IMG/VR virus record: IMGVR_UViG_3300024246_000004
Location: 27,446-91,445 of that record
Origin: a virus
Taxonomy: Duplodnaviria > Heunggongvirae > Uroviricota > Caudoviricetes
Direction: 5' to 3' (one strand)
Length of the DNA stretch: 64,000 bases
The position numbers and the translations under genes are program-made. The notes under the pieces were generated by a model. That model did not search any database and had not been told where the DNA came from. It worked only from the letters and a program-made list of their open reading frames with translations. Below, piece after piece: positions 1 through 7,628 of the stretch. The first letter of the stretch is position 1; the number at the start of each line of letters is the position of its first letter.

Positions 1-1
1 A

Positions 2-298
2 GAGCAGAACCTGCCGGGTGTGCCGAGCTCCGGCATCCCGACGCTGGTGGACGGAACATCGGTCTCCAACACCTTGTGGCGTCCCGCGACGGTGTACCTC
101 AGCGGCGGCACGAACGTCACGACGGTGGCCGTCTCCCGGCTCGCTGGAGGCGTCAACACGGTCGCCGTGTCCACCGTGGTCAGCCAGGCCGCTGGCGCCC
201 TCCCCGCGAACACCCCGATCCGGCTCGGGCCGGGCCAATGGATCAAGGTCACGACGAGTACCGGGACCTTGCCGACCGCCGTGTGGGTCCTCGACTAA
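2..298 (+). CDS. C-terminal fragment of an ORF entering from upstream of the window, hypothetical (Thr/Val/Ala-rich, possibly structural)
   Basis: Open frame from nt 2 with no upstream stop; ends TAA 296-298; followed 10 nt later by the next gene. Confidence 0.45.
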   Translation, partial: EQNLPGVPSSGIPTLVDGTSVSNTLWRPATVYLSGGTNVTTVAVSRLAGGVNTVAVSTVVSQAAGALPANTPIRLGPGQWIKVTTSTGTLPTAVWVLD

Positions 299-307
299 GG
301 AGAGCGC

Positions 308-847
308 GTGGAATCGCTGCTGGGCCAGATCGAGCGTGTCGCGATCTCCTCGCTCCAGCTCTACCCCGGCAACCCGAACCAGGGCGACGTGGTGGGCATC
401 GCGGAGTCGCTACACGAGAACAAGCAGTTCCTCCCGGTGGTGGTGGACCGAGCGACGCGCAAGATCCTGTCCGGCAACCACACGGTGATCGCTGCCGCAG
501 GCCTGGGCTGGACGGAAATCGACGCGGTTCTGGTGGACGTGGACGAGGACGCCGGACGCCGGATCCTGCTGGCCGCCAACCGGTTGCGGGACCGGGCGAC
601 GACGGACACGGACGCGCTGGCCGAGTTCCTGTCCTACCTGGACGGCGACTACAGCGGCACCGGATATACAGAATATGACGTCAATGTCCTGCTGGACGTC
701 TCGGTGCTGGACCCCAAGGGTATCGTGACGATCGGCGACGACCTGGTGGACTTCGCGAATGCGCAGCCCGCGACGCAGCAGCGCGGGCACCTGTGTCCAA
801 AATGTGGGTACGACACCCGCAACGACCCCGAGGGTTTCCGGGTGTAG
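308..847 (+). CDS. ParB-like nuclease domain protein with C-terminal CxxC Zn-ribbon
   Basis: ParB N-terminal-domain-like segment (...PGNPNQGDV...LSGNHTVIAAAGLGW...LLAANRL...) plus CPKCGY motif. Confidence 0.6.
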   Translation: MESLLGQIERVAISSLQLYPGNPNQGDVVGIAESLHENKQFLPVVVDRATRKILSGNHTVIAAAGLGWTEIDAVLVDVDEDAGRRILLAANRLRDRATTDTDALAEFLSYLDGDYSGTGYTEYDVNVLLDVSVLDPKGIVTIGDDLVDFANAQPATQQRGHLCPKCGYDTRNDPEGFRV

Positions 848-1092
848 ACTGTTCCCGGCAGCCAACATCGTACCGTTCTCCAAAGTGTGGTCGCTGCCAG
901 CGTGTGGTGTGTCCTTCCGGCGGCCAGCCGTGCGGCGAACCCCATTGTATCTGCACCGTCGGTTGCGATACGTTAGTCTCGCTCGGGTAGCCGGTTCCCA
1001 CACGGCTCCGGCTACCTGGGCAGACCAACTCGCCAAAGGGAACTCGAAACCCTGGAGTTCAACGCGAGGATCTGGTAAAGTACCAAATACGA

Positions 1093-1166
1093 CGCGGGGT
1101 AGAGCAGCTCGGTAGCTCGTTGGGCTCATAACCCAAAAGTCGCAGGTTCAAATCCTGCCCCCGCTA
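1093..1166 (+). tRNA. tRNA-Met(CAT), initiator-like
   Basis: Cloverleaf with anticodon loop CTCATAA; GGG/CCC pairs closing the anticodon stem; unpaired 1:72 (C.U); T-arm GCAGG-TTCAAAT-CCTGC. Confidence 0.7.
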
Positions 1167-1215
1167 CTAACCGTCAGGTTCATAATCTGTCGGTGCGATC
1201 GAATACCTTGACCGC

Positions 1216-1566
1216 ATGCCGTACAAAGATCCAGAGGCCCGTAACGCCTATGCGCGAGCCTGGTACGCGAAGAATCAAGAAACGCATGCAGAGCTCGTGC
1301 GCCGTAACCGGGCGCGAGTAAAGGCTGAGGTGACGGAGTACCTCGGGAAGGTTAAGTCACATCCCTGCACAGATTGTGGCGGAACGTTCGACGCAGAGGT
1401 CATGGATTTCGATCATGTTTCGGGCGTGAAGTCGTTCAACATCAGCTCCGCGAAACAAGTTGGATACAGCCTGAGTCGCGTAAAAAAAGAAGTGGCGAAG
1501 TGCGAGCTAGTGTGCTCGAATTGTCATCGTCTACGCACGAAAGCCCGTAGAACGGCTACCGAATAG
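1216..1566 (+). CDS. HNH homing endonuclease
   Basis: HNH motif ...DFDHVSGVK...CELVCSNCH...; sits between tRNA genes. Confidence 0.75.
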   Translation: MPYKDPEARNAYARAWYAKNQETHAELVRRNRARVKAEVTEYLGKVKSHPCTDCGGTFDAEVMDFDHVSGVKSFNISSAKQVGYSLSRVKKEVAKCELVCSNCHRLRTKARRTATE

Positions 1567-1572
1567 CCTAAT

Positions 1573-1645
1573 TCCCCGTTGGAGTAACTGGCAACGTCAC
1601 CGCGCTCTGGACGCGGAGTTCGAGGTTCGAATCCTCGGCGGGGAG
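1573..1645 (+). tRNA. tRNA-Gln(CTG) (D-arm weak)
   Basis: Acceptor TCCCCGT/GCGGGGA, anticodon arm CCGCG-CTCTGGA-CGCGG, T-arm CGAGG-TTCGAAT-CCTCG. Confidence 0.5.
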
Positions 1646-1746
1646 CGAGTGCAGGGGCAAACGCCTGCCAGCGTGCGTCTCGGGTTCGGAGTAAGGATGG
1701 CAGTCCCCTCCGGATCAGGTGGGCGCCTCAATCAAAGCCCACCACA

Positions 1747-1821
1747 TGGCCCGGTATCCCAACGGAAGTAGGAGCTCGGCTCAGACCCGAGTAATGTGTG
1801 GGTTCGAATCCCACTCGGGCT
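1747..1821 (+). tRNA. Atypical tRNA with anticodon CAG (Leu-type anticodon, short variable arm, A73)
   Basis: Acceptor GGCCCGG/TCGGGCT, conserved D-region TATCCCAACGGAAGTAGGA, anticodon loop CTCAGAC, T-arm GTGGG-TTCGAAT-CCCAC. Confidence 0.5.
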
Positions 1822-1822
1822 A

Positions 1823-1907
1823 CGCGGTTGTGCTGGAATGGGAGACAGGCTGGCTTGAGGTGCCAGTGTCCCGCAAGGGGCGTGGGGGTTCGACTCCCCT
1901 CAACCGC
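1823..1907 (+). tRNA. tRNA-Leu(GAG), long variable arm
   Basis: Acceptor GCGGTTG/CAACCGC, anticodon loop TTGAGGT, variable-arm hairpin GTCCC-GCAA-GGGGC, T-loop TTCGACT. Confidence 0.75.
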
Positions 1908-1982
1908 ACTCCACGGCTAGATTCAGAACGAAACCCAGACACCACGCGCCGTGGCCACTGTCCGCCAACGAAAGGGGAGGTA

Positions 1983-2156
1983 ATGGCTAGGGAACATAAG
2001 GCCGACCTGACCGCCATCAAGGGCGCGCTTCAGGCGAACATCAACATCAAGCTCGCTGAAGCGGAGCTGGACGAGCGCAACGACAACCCCGTCGAGGCCA
2101 GGAACACTCGGCGTATCGCCGCCGAGTGGCAGAAGGTCCACGACGGCACCACCTGA
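1983..2156 (+). CDS. Small hypothetical protein (57 aa)
   Basis: Strong SD AAAGGGGAGG 6 nt before the ATG; the upstream part of the 145-aa track ORF overlaps tRNA genes and is discounted. Confidence 0.5.
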   Translation: MAREHKADLTAIKGALQANINIKLAEAELDERNDNPVEARNTRRIAAEWQKVHDGTT

Positions 2157-2209
2157 TCGGCTCGGCGGCCACATACAGCACGAAACCCAGATACGTGCGC
2201 CGCTGTCCG

Positions 2210-2282
2210 CCCGCATAGTCCAACCGGCAGAGGCACCCGATTTAAGTCCGGGGAGTTGTGCGTTCGAATCGCACTGCGGGCA
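2210..2282 (+). tRNA. Atypical tRNA with anticodon TAA (Leu-type, short variable arm, A73)
   Basis: Acceptor GCCCGCA/TGCGGGC perfect; D-region TAGTCCAACCGGCAGAGG; anticodon loop TTTAAGT closed by an A.C mismatch; T-arm GTGCG-TTCGAAT-CGCAC. Confidence 0.45.
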
Positions 2283-2283
2283 C

Positions 2284-2356
2284 GCCCAGGTATCCCAAGG
2301 GAAGAGGAAGCGGCTTCAAGTACCGCTAGTTGTGGGTTCGAATCCCACTCTGGGCA
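2284..2356 (+). tRNA. Atypical tRNA with anticodon CAA (Leu-type, short variable arm, A73)
   Basis: Acceptor GCCCAGG/TCTGGGC; D-region TATCCCAAGGGAAGAGGA; anticodon loop TTCAAGT closed by a C.A mismatch; T-arm identical to the 1747 element. Confidence 0.5.
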
Positions 2357-2357
2357 C

Positions 2358-2430
2358 GGCCGTGTAGCTCAGCTGGTAGAGCATCCCGCTCATAACGGGA
2401 AGGTCGCAGGATCAAGACCTGCCACGGCTA
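2358..2430 (+). tRNA. tRNA-Met(CAT) elongator-type (or Ile-lysidine)
   Basis: GGCCGTG-TA-GCTC-AGCTGGTAG-AGC; anticodon loop CTCATAA; unusual T-loop ATCAAGA. Confidence 0.65.
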
Positions 2431-2436
2431 CGGTGC

Positions 2437-2480
2437 GACAGCTAGGCTTCCCCCGGGCCCCACGCCCGCCTAGCTGTCGT
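2437..2480 (+). other. Stable hairpin (11-bp stem CGACAGCTAGG / CCTAGCTGTCG)
   Basis: Perfect inverted repeat seen directly in the sequence. Confidence 0.5.
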
Positions 2481-2550
2481 GCTACGCTAACACGGCACCG
2501 CCTGGCGGCCGAGAGTAGCTCGAAACCCGTATAAGTCCCGCCGCCAGTAC

Positions 2551-2575
2551 CGGCTTGTAGCTCAATGGCTCAACG
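2551..2575 (+). pseudogene. tRNA 5-prime-half fragment (acceptor plus D-arm, GGCTTGTAGCTCAATGG...)
   Basis: Matches the 5-prime half of tRNA-Thr-like genes in this array; no anticodon arm, T-arm or acceptor 3-prime strand follows; the HNH gene starts 19 nt downstream. Confidence 0.45.
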
Positions 2576-2593
2576 TTGTGGTAGGGTTGAGCT

Positions 2594-3178
2594 GTGAAGC
2601 AGAGCTGGAATGACGATGATCTGCGCCATGCAGTAGCTCAAGCAACTTCATGGCGTCAGGTCTCTCGTATTCTCGGCCTACAAGGGACCAATCCAACTCG
2701 GCTGCGCACAAGAGCTCAAGTTGCTGGCGTAGATTTCTCGCACTTCAAGGGGAGCAGATCCTTTTCCGATGAAGAGCTTCGGGATGCGGTCGCTGAGTCA
2801 GCAACTCCTTTCGAGGTGCAAAAGCGCCTAGGGAGGGGTGCGTGGCATTCAATTCAGAGGCGCATAAGGGAGTTGGGGCTAGAGTTTGGCCTGCCAGCAC
2901 CTGACTCGCGTCGAAAAAGTCTCAACCTAGTACTGACCCCCAACTCGACCTACCAGTCTGACAGGACACGCAAACGCCTCGTCGAAGCCGGACTAAAGGA
3001 GGAGAGGTGCGAGGGATGCGGCCTGGCGGAATGGCTAAATGGCCCGATACCCCTTCATCTCGACCACATTAATGGCGTGCACAATGATAACCGCCTAGAG
3101 AACCTTCGTATCCTCTGCCCCAACTGCCACTCCCTCACTCCCACGTGGGGAAACCGCAAGCGACCTTTGGCCTCCTAG
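2594..3178 (+). CDS. HNH homing endonuclease (paralog of 5554..6066)
   Basis: C-terminal CEGCG...HLDHINGVHNDNRLENLRILCPNCHSLT; about 50% identical to the 5554 ORF over its length. Confidence 0.75.
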   Translation: MKQSWNDDDLRHAVAQATSWRQVSRILGLQGTNPTRLRTRAQVAGVDFSHFKGSRSFSDEELRDAVAESATPFEVQKRLGRGAWHSIQRRIRELGLEFGLPAPDSRRKSLNLVLTPNSTYQSDRTRKRLVEAGLKEERCEGCGLAEWLNGPIPLHLDHINGVHNDNRLENLRILCPNCHSLTPTWGNRKRPLAS

Positions 3179-3240
3179 CTCAGTGGTAGAGCGCTTCTTT
3201 CACACAGAAGAGGTCCCGAGTCCGATTCTCGGGGAGGCTA
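3169..3240 (+). tRNA. tRNA-Val(CAC)
   Basis: Acceptor GGCCTCC/GGAGGCT; anticodon arm CTTCT-TTCACAC-AGAAG; T-arm CCGAG-TCCGATT-CTCGG; its 5-prime end overlaps the HNH stop codon TAG. Confidence 0.7.
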
Positions 3241-3348
3241 CGCGTCCGCCAACCCTAGAGAACTGCTGCAATGTGGCAGGGCACGGGAGAAGCAGCTCCC
3301 ACGCCCAGGCGGATGCCCCTGGGGCACCTAGGAAGGCCGCTGGGGTTA

Positions 3349-3423
3349 CAGCCTATGGCGCAGCTTGGCAGCGCGCCTGGTCGGGGACCAGGAGGTCGCC
3401 AGTTCAAATCTGGCTAGGCTGAC
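3349..3423 (+). tRNA. tRNA-Pro(GGG)
   Basis: C1-G72 acceptor CAGCCTA/TAGGCTG with A73 (bacterial Pro signature); D-arm GCGC-AGCTTGGCA-GCGC; anticodon loop TCGGGGA; T-arm GCCAG-TTCAAAT-CTGGC. Confidence 0.65.
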
Positions 3424-3476
3424 GTTGTGGTGGTCACGTAGCGTACGAGACCTATACCAAGCACACCGCCACGCAC

Positions 3477-3548
3477 CGCCTCGTAGCTCAGCGGCAGAGC
3501 GCCCGCCCGACACGCGGGAGGCCGGACGATCAACACGTCCCGAGGCGA
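3477..3548 (+). tRNA. tRNA-Val(GAC)
   Basis: CGCCTCG-TA-GCTC-AGCGGCA-GAGC; anticodon arm CCCGC-CCGACAC-GCGGG; unusual T-loop ATCAACA. Confidence 0.6.
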
Positions 3549-3583
3549 CGATCATCGGCAGGATGCGACAGGAGACGGACACC

Positions 3584-3760
3584 ATGGATACGGCAGCAGC
3601 CGAAACGAAGACCGCGCTTTCCACGGGGATCCTGGATGCGCGCGCCGTGCCGCTCGGGCGCCTTGCCCAGGAGGGCAACGGCTCGGAGGGAATGTCCCGC
3701 GTGCTGCCCGGCTTCGACGCCAAGAGGGTCGCGGTCGCGTCGTTCCAGTCCTCGGTCTAG
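3584..3760 (+). CDS. FxsA-like small protein with FXSXX-COOH C-terminus (...ASFQSSV)
   Basis: SD AGGAGA 7 nt upstream; C-terminal F-Q-S-S-V; paralogous to the next ORF. Confidence 0.55.
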   Translation: MDTAAAETKTALSTGILDARAVPLGRLAQEGNGSEGMSRVLPGFDAKRVAVASFQSSV

Positions 3761-3792
3761 CGGTCGCGATCCTCGACAGGAAGCAGTGGGAG

Positions 3793-3960
3793 ATGGACAG
3801 CACGGACGTGCTAGTGTCTGAGGTTCCCGACCTCAGGATGATGAGCCTCGCCGATCTTGCGCGGCTGCATTCGGGGAGGGCTCTGCAGAAGGTCGTCGCG
3901 GAGGCCCTGGAGCCCTCCGCCCGGCAGGTCTCCGTGGCGGCGTTCAACTCGTCCATCTAG
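3793..3960 (+). CDS. FxsA-like small protein with FXSXX-COOH C-terminus (...AAFNSSI)
   Basis: 55 aa; leader-like segment LPDLRMMSLADLARL...ALQKVVAEALE followed by AAFNSSI-COOH, the hallmark of the actinobacterial FXSXX-COOH (FxsA) family. Confidence 0.6.
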   Translation: MDSTDVLVSEVPDLRMMSLADLARLHSGRALQKVVAEALEPSARQVSVAAFNSSI

Positions 3961-3966
3961 TTTCAC

Positions 3967-4040
3967 GCGCCCGTAGCTCAGCGGATAGAGCGCCGCCGTC
4001 CTAAGGCGGGCCGTCGCTGGTTCGAATCCAGCCGGGCGCA
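3967..4040 (+). tRNA. tRNA-Arg(CCT)
   Basis: GCGCCCG-TA-GCTC-AGCGGATAG-AGC; anticodon loop GTCCTAA; T-arm GCTGG-TTCGAAT-CCAGC. Confidence 0.8.
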
Positions 4041-4159
4041 CCGTCTCTGGCCATTGTGGATGCGAAAACCTTGCGGTACCCGCCGGGGGCGTGATACGTT
4101 AATCGAGTCGGCAGCCGAAAAGGGTGCGGAAACCCGGATCTCATCGCCGCCGACGCACG

Positions 4160-4345
4160 ACCGATCGGATCCGCTCCAAGGTTGGACGTCTTCCTGTCTC
4201 GGCCCTTGGCGACCGACCGGCGTACCACAAGCACCACCCGGCGATCGTGGCTCGAACTCGAAGTGAGTCCCGAGTCGCCGGTAGCACGGATCGGCGGCTT
4301 CAAGGTTGGGTTTCTGGACTTCTTAGCCCTTGGCCGTCGATCATA
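4160..4345 (+). repeat. Two ~60-nt direct repeats (about 4160-4215 and 4285-4345) sharing GATCGG...CAAGGTTGG...GCCCTTGGC
   Basis: Seen by eye; each copy contains the CCAAGG/CCTTGG inverted pair; no cloverleaf could be folded. Confidence 0.4.
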
Positions 4346-4417
4346 GGTGGGTAGCTCAACTGGTAGAGCGCAGGTCTCCAAAACCTGTCGTTGGGGGTTC
4401 AAGTCCCTCCCCACCTG
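4345..4417 (+). tRNA. tRNA-Trp(CCA)
   Basis: AGGTGGG-TA-GCTC-AACTGGTAG-AGC; anticodon loop CTCCAAA; T-loop TTCAAGT. Confidence 0.8.
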
Positions 4418-4419
4418 CG

Positions 4420-4491
4420 GTGAGTATGGCCGAGCGGCTTAGGCACCGGTTTGTGGAACCGGGCAGACGGGTTCGACCCCCGTTACTCACA
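4420..4491 (+). tRNA. tRNA-His(GTG)
   Basis: Perfect acceptor GTGAGTA/TACTCAC; anticodon arm CCGGT-TTGTGGA-ACCGG; T-arm ACGGG-TTCGACC-CCCGT; a G at position -1. Confidence 0.65.
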
Positions 4492-4631
4492 CGTTCCGTA
4501 GCGTCAGCCTGGTGAGCGGCTACGGAGTTCGGCGAGCGGCACTGACCAACGTCCCAGTACCCAGAAATGGGGATAGAAACAGTCGCCGAATACACGAACG
4601 ACCTGCCCCGACGCGCACGCGGGCAGGCGGT

Positions 4632-4661
4632 CCGCCGAGCCCGATCACTCGGCGGACCGGG
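4632..4661 (+). other. Strong hairpin (11-bp stem GGTCCGCCGAG / CTCGGCGGACC)
   Basis: Perfect inverted repeat in a non-coding spacer of the tRNA array. Confidence 0.45.
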
Positions 4662-4735
4662 AAGTCTGGCGACGGAGTTGGGCCAGACCGGGCGGGCTGA
4701 CGTGGGTTAGGCCTTCCACAAAGTAAACTGAATAC

Positions 4736-4808
4736 GCGCCTGTAGCTCAGCGGAGAGAGCGCCTCACTACGGATGAGGAGGCCGGGGGTTCGAATCCCTC
4801 CAGGCGCA
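4736..4808 (+). tRNA. tRNA-Arg(ACG)
   Basis: GCGCCTG-TA-GCTC-AGCGGAGAG-AGC; anticodon arm CCTCA-CTACGGA-TGAGG; T-loop TTCGAAT. Confidence 0.85.
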
Positions 4809-4809
4809 C

Positions 4810-5545
4810 GAGCGATCGCCGTAGCTCAAAGGCCCGAGAGGACGCCTTATCGGGAGAGCCCCGCTGTACCCCATTAAGGGTGAACGACGGGAGATCCGGC
4901 CGAACCGGCGACGATCCTCCGGGTGTGCTGTACGCCCGGCCAAAAGAGGGACCATGGCCCTCGGCAGCGGCAAGGAGCGAAGGAAGCCTCATCGGGAGGT
5001 GTCTTGACGGCTGGTGATGTGAATGACGAGCCGTCACGTGGGCGAGGGAGCAGATCACACTGTAGCCCGAGCCCTGGAGGTTCGACCCCTCCCCTTTGCA
5101 CGGCAGGTGGCCGCCAGAACCCTTACCTGGCGGACGGAGAGGCCAACCCGGGACAGTGGTACGCGTAGCGGAATGCTCCCCGAGTAAGATCTCCGTACTC
5201 GTAGTAGCGGGCCCTGCGCTTTGACGGGTGGTCGGTTGAGGCAACCACACCGGAGCGTTTGGGGTCGCTCCCCCTCCGGAGATACTGGTTCGAATCCAGT
5301 CCCGTCAGCGCTCCGGCGATTGCAAGCGCCGGTGATGGACACGCGGGTGCGCACTCGTGTGGAATGGTGTACGTGGAGACGGTACGGATAGGGCCCCCTG
5401 AAGGGCCTGATTCCGGGACGGGCGGGTTCGAGTCCCGCAACACCGCGAACGACAGCCAAACAGGGCCCGGTATCCAACATGGGTGCGCTGTCGGTCATGG
5501 CGCCTTAGCTCAGTTGGAAGAGTCTGTCGGACCTGAGCTATATTG
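4810..5545 (+). ncRNA. Zone of tRNA-like elements and fragments that do not fold into standard cloverleaves
   Basis: Three canonical T-arm motifs (GGAGG-TTCGACC-CCTCC near 5085; ACTGG-TTCGAAT-CCAGT near 5295 with a perfect 7-bp acceptor TGACGGG/CCCGTCA spanning 5223-5313; GGCGGG-TTCGAGT-CCCGC near 5445), plus 5-prime fragments GGCCCGGTATCCAAC (5466) and GGCGCCTTAGCTCAGTTGGAAGAG (5499-5535). Confidence 0.35.
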
Positions 5546-5553
5546 TTTCCCGT

Positions 5554-6066
5554 ATGGCTCGATACAGCAAGAATCGGTGCAGATGGACGGATGAACAACT
5601 CAGGGAAGCGGTCGCCAGCAGTCAATCGATCCGCCAGGTCATCGGGATACTCGGCCTGTCGGTGACGGCGGCCGGGAACTGGGGTACGGTCAAAAAGCAT
5701 GTGAGTCGGCTCGGGCTGGACACCTCCCACTGGACGGGGCAATCCTGGGTGGGAACCCGCGAAAACCACCCGGCACGACTCCCTCTTGAACAGATATTGG
5801 TACCAGGTTCAACGTACAGAACTTCTGCGCTTCGAGACCGCCTCATCGGAGCTGGACTCAAAGAATGGCGATGCGAAAGGTGCTTGCGGATCGACTGGGA
5901 GGGGGATCGCATTCCCCTTGAGGTGGATCATGCGAATGGAGTGCCGGACGACCATAGGATCGAGAATCTGCGCTTGCTCTGCCCCAATTGCCATGCGTTA
6001 ACGCCGACATGGCGCGGGCGCAAGAACGCTAGATCATACCACGGCAACGTAGCTGAGAAGGATTAG
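5554..6066 (+). CDS. HNH homing endonuclease (paralog of 2594..3178)
   Basis: C-terminal CERCL...EVDHANGVPDDHRIENLRLLCPNCHALT; preceded directly by a tRNA 5-prime fragment. Confidence 0.75.
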   Translation: MARYSKNRCRWTDEQLREAVASSQSIRQVIGILGLSVTAAGNWGTVKKHVSRLGLDTSHWTGQSWVGTRENHPARLPLEQILVPGSTYRTSALRDRLIGAGLKEWRCERCLRIDWEGDRIPLEVDHANGVPDDHRIENLRLLCPNCHALTPTWRGRKNARSYHGNVAEKD

Positions 6067-6248
6067 CGAGGCTCTGAAAAAGCCTAGAGGCTGGATCGTT
6101 ACCAGTCGTTGCCACGCGGTACAAGCCTGCAAGAAGGCGAGTGCGCAGCTTCGTGTCATAGGCTGCCGAAGACCGATGGCCCTATCGGATGCCATGCTGG
6201 TCGGCTAAGCGAAGCCGCGTCCCCGGCTCGTACCCGGGGGCCGTACCT

Positions 6249-6339
6249 GGAGAGGTCGCCTAGTCCGGTCTATGGCGCCGACCTGCTAAGTCGGTGGGTT
6301 CCGCAAGGGGCCTCATGGGTTCGAATCCCATCCTCTCCG
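6249..6339 (+). tRNA. tRNA-Ser(GCT), long variable arm
   Basis: GGAGAGG/CCTCTCC; anticodon arm CCGAC-CTGCTAA-GTCGG; T-arm ATGGG-TTCGAAT-CCCAT. Confidence 0.8.
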
Positions 6340-6419
6340 CGCAAAACAGTTGGACAGCCCAGCGTGGATGAGATACGTTAGTTCTCGCAGGGGTTCGAGC
6401 CAGGGATAAGCTAGGCGGG

Positions 6420-6466
6420 CCTGTAAAGCCCTACCTTGGAGGTTCGAATCCTCCCGGGCCCACCAA
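6420..6466 (+). pseudogene. tRNA-like minihelix (acceptor GGGCCTG/CGGGCCC plus T-arm GGAGG-TTCGAAT-CCTCC) lacking D and anticodon arms
   Basis: Only 13 nt lie between the acceptor 5-prime strand and the T-arm. Confidence 0.35.
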
Positions 6467-6488
6467 ACCGAGCGAAAGGAGAGTACTG

Positions 6489-6671
6489 ATGGCCAGCAGA
6501 GAGACCAAGGAGCTCCTCGCGGCACTGGACCGGCACCGGGAGTACACGGCGGAGCAGGAACGGATCGCGCACGACAACCTGTTCCGCGTCACGGACCCCG
6601 TCGAGGGAGCCGTCTCGGTGAAGGACACCGGCAAGATCAAGAGGATCCTCAAGCGAACGCGGAACGGCTAG
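6489..6671 (+). CDS. Small hypothetical protein (60 aa)
   Basis: SD GAAAGGAGAG 7 nt upstream of the ATG. Confidence 0.55.
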   Translation: MASRETKELLAALDRHREYTAEQERIAHDNLFRVTDPVEGAVSVKDTGKIKRILKRTRNG

Positions 6672-6717
6672 CACTACCCGTAGTACGCTAATTGACAACT
6701 CCAGAGTGACGCGAAAT

Positions 6718-6788
6718 GCGGATGTAGCTCAATGGTAGAGCGCTACCTTGCCATGGTAGATACGCGAGTTCGATTCTCGTCATCCGCT
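6718..6788 (+). tRNA. tRNA-Gly(GCC)
   Basis: GCGGATG-TA-GCTC-AATGGTAG-AGC; anticodon loop TTGCCAT; U73. Confidence 0.85.
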
Positions 6789-6888
6789 CAACCCGGCGGC
6801 CAGTCTCAGCTCGAAACCCAGAGACCCAACGTCGCCGGACGAGGTGCCCAAGTACCCTCCGAGACTCAAACTCCTCGCGGCACCGCAT

Positions 6889-6963
6889 GTCCCCGTCGTC
6901 TAGCGGTTCCAGGACATCACCCTCTCAAGGTGAAAATCGCCGGTTCGAATCCGGTCGGGGATA
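6889..6963 (+). tRNA. tRNA-Glu(CTC)
   Basis: Glu-type D-arm GTCTAGCGGTTCCAGGAC; anticodon arm TCACC-CTCTCAA-GGTGA. Confidence 0.8.
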
Positions 6964-7017
6964 CTCTCCGGCAGCCAGAATGAGCAGGAAACCCAAGTAC
7001 AGTTCGCTGCCGGACAT

Positions 7018-7091
7018 GGCCCGTTCGTCTAGCGGCCGAGGATCCCACCCCTTCAAGGTGCGAGGCACGGGTTCGAATCCCGTACGGGCTA
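7018..7091 (+). tRNA. tRNA-Glu(TTC)
   Basis: Glu-type D-arm GTCTAGCGGCCGAGGAT; anticodon loop CCTTCAA; T-arm ACGGG-TTCGAAT-CCCGT. Confidence 0.75.
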
Positions 7092-7154
7092 CGGCGTCGC
7101 GGCCACGGCGACAATCGCGGTAGTGGGCGAGCAAGATGCCCGCACAGTGGCAGT

Positions 7155-7228
7155 GCTGTAGTGGCTCAATATGGCGGAGCGTCGCGCTTCCAACGCGAAG
7201 GTCGCAGGTTCGAACCCTGTCTACAGCG
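7155..7228 (+). tRNA. tRNA-Gly(TCC)
   Basis: GCTGTAG/CTACAGC; anticodon arm TCGCG-CTTCCAA-CGCGA. Confidence 0.8.
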
Positions 7229-7229
7229 C

Positions 7230-7301
7230 CGGAATGTGGGGTAATGGTCGCCCGCCTGCCTTGGGAGCAGGTCCACGCAGGTTCGATTCCTGTCATTCCG
7301 A
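7230..7301 (+). tRNA. tRNA-Pro(TGG)
   Basis: C1-G72 acceptor CGGAATG/CATTCCG with A73; anticodon arm CCTGC-CTTGGGA-GCAGG. Confidence 0.75.
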
Positions 7302-7416
7302 CGATCCAAGGGCAAGGATGAGAAGCGGGAACCCAAGGGTAGCGGACATGGTGAATGTATCTAGCCGAGCCGCTGAACTTTCCGTCGGCCAGATACGCCG
7401 GGGGAGCCGCAATCAA

Positions 7417-7490
<74 letters not shown>

Positions 7491-7500
7491 CGTACACTAT

Positions 7501-7573
7501 GCACCTGTGGCCGAGAGGCGAGGCGCTTCCCTGCAAAGGAAGAATGACCCCGGTTCAAATCCGGGCAGGTGCT
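7501..7573 (+). tRNA. tRNA-Cys(GCA)
   Basis: Perfect acceptor GCACCTG/CAGGTGC with U73; anticodon arm CTTCC-CTGCAAA-GGAAG. Confidence 0.8.
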
Positions 7574-7628
7574 CGATTCGGTGGCCATATACGGTACGAG
7601 ATCCACGCCAAGGCTCGCCACCGGACAC

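Noticed and set aside
4810-5250. Possible tmRNA (ssrA) because of T-arm-like motifs and a lack of ORFs
   Set aside because: No tRNA-Ala-like acceptor with G3.U70 pairing and no tag reading frame ending in ...ALAA followed by a stop. More likely degenerate tRNAs.
2551-6066. tRNA genes split by introns that encode the HNH ORFs
   Set aside because: No matching 3-prime halves (anticodon 3-prime strand, T-arm, complementary acceptor) could be found downstream of either HNH gene. Interpreted as truncated tRNA remnants beside inserted endonuclease genes.
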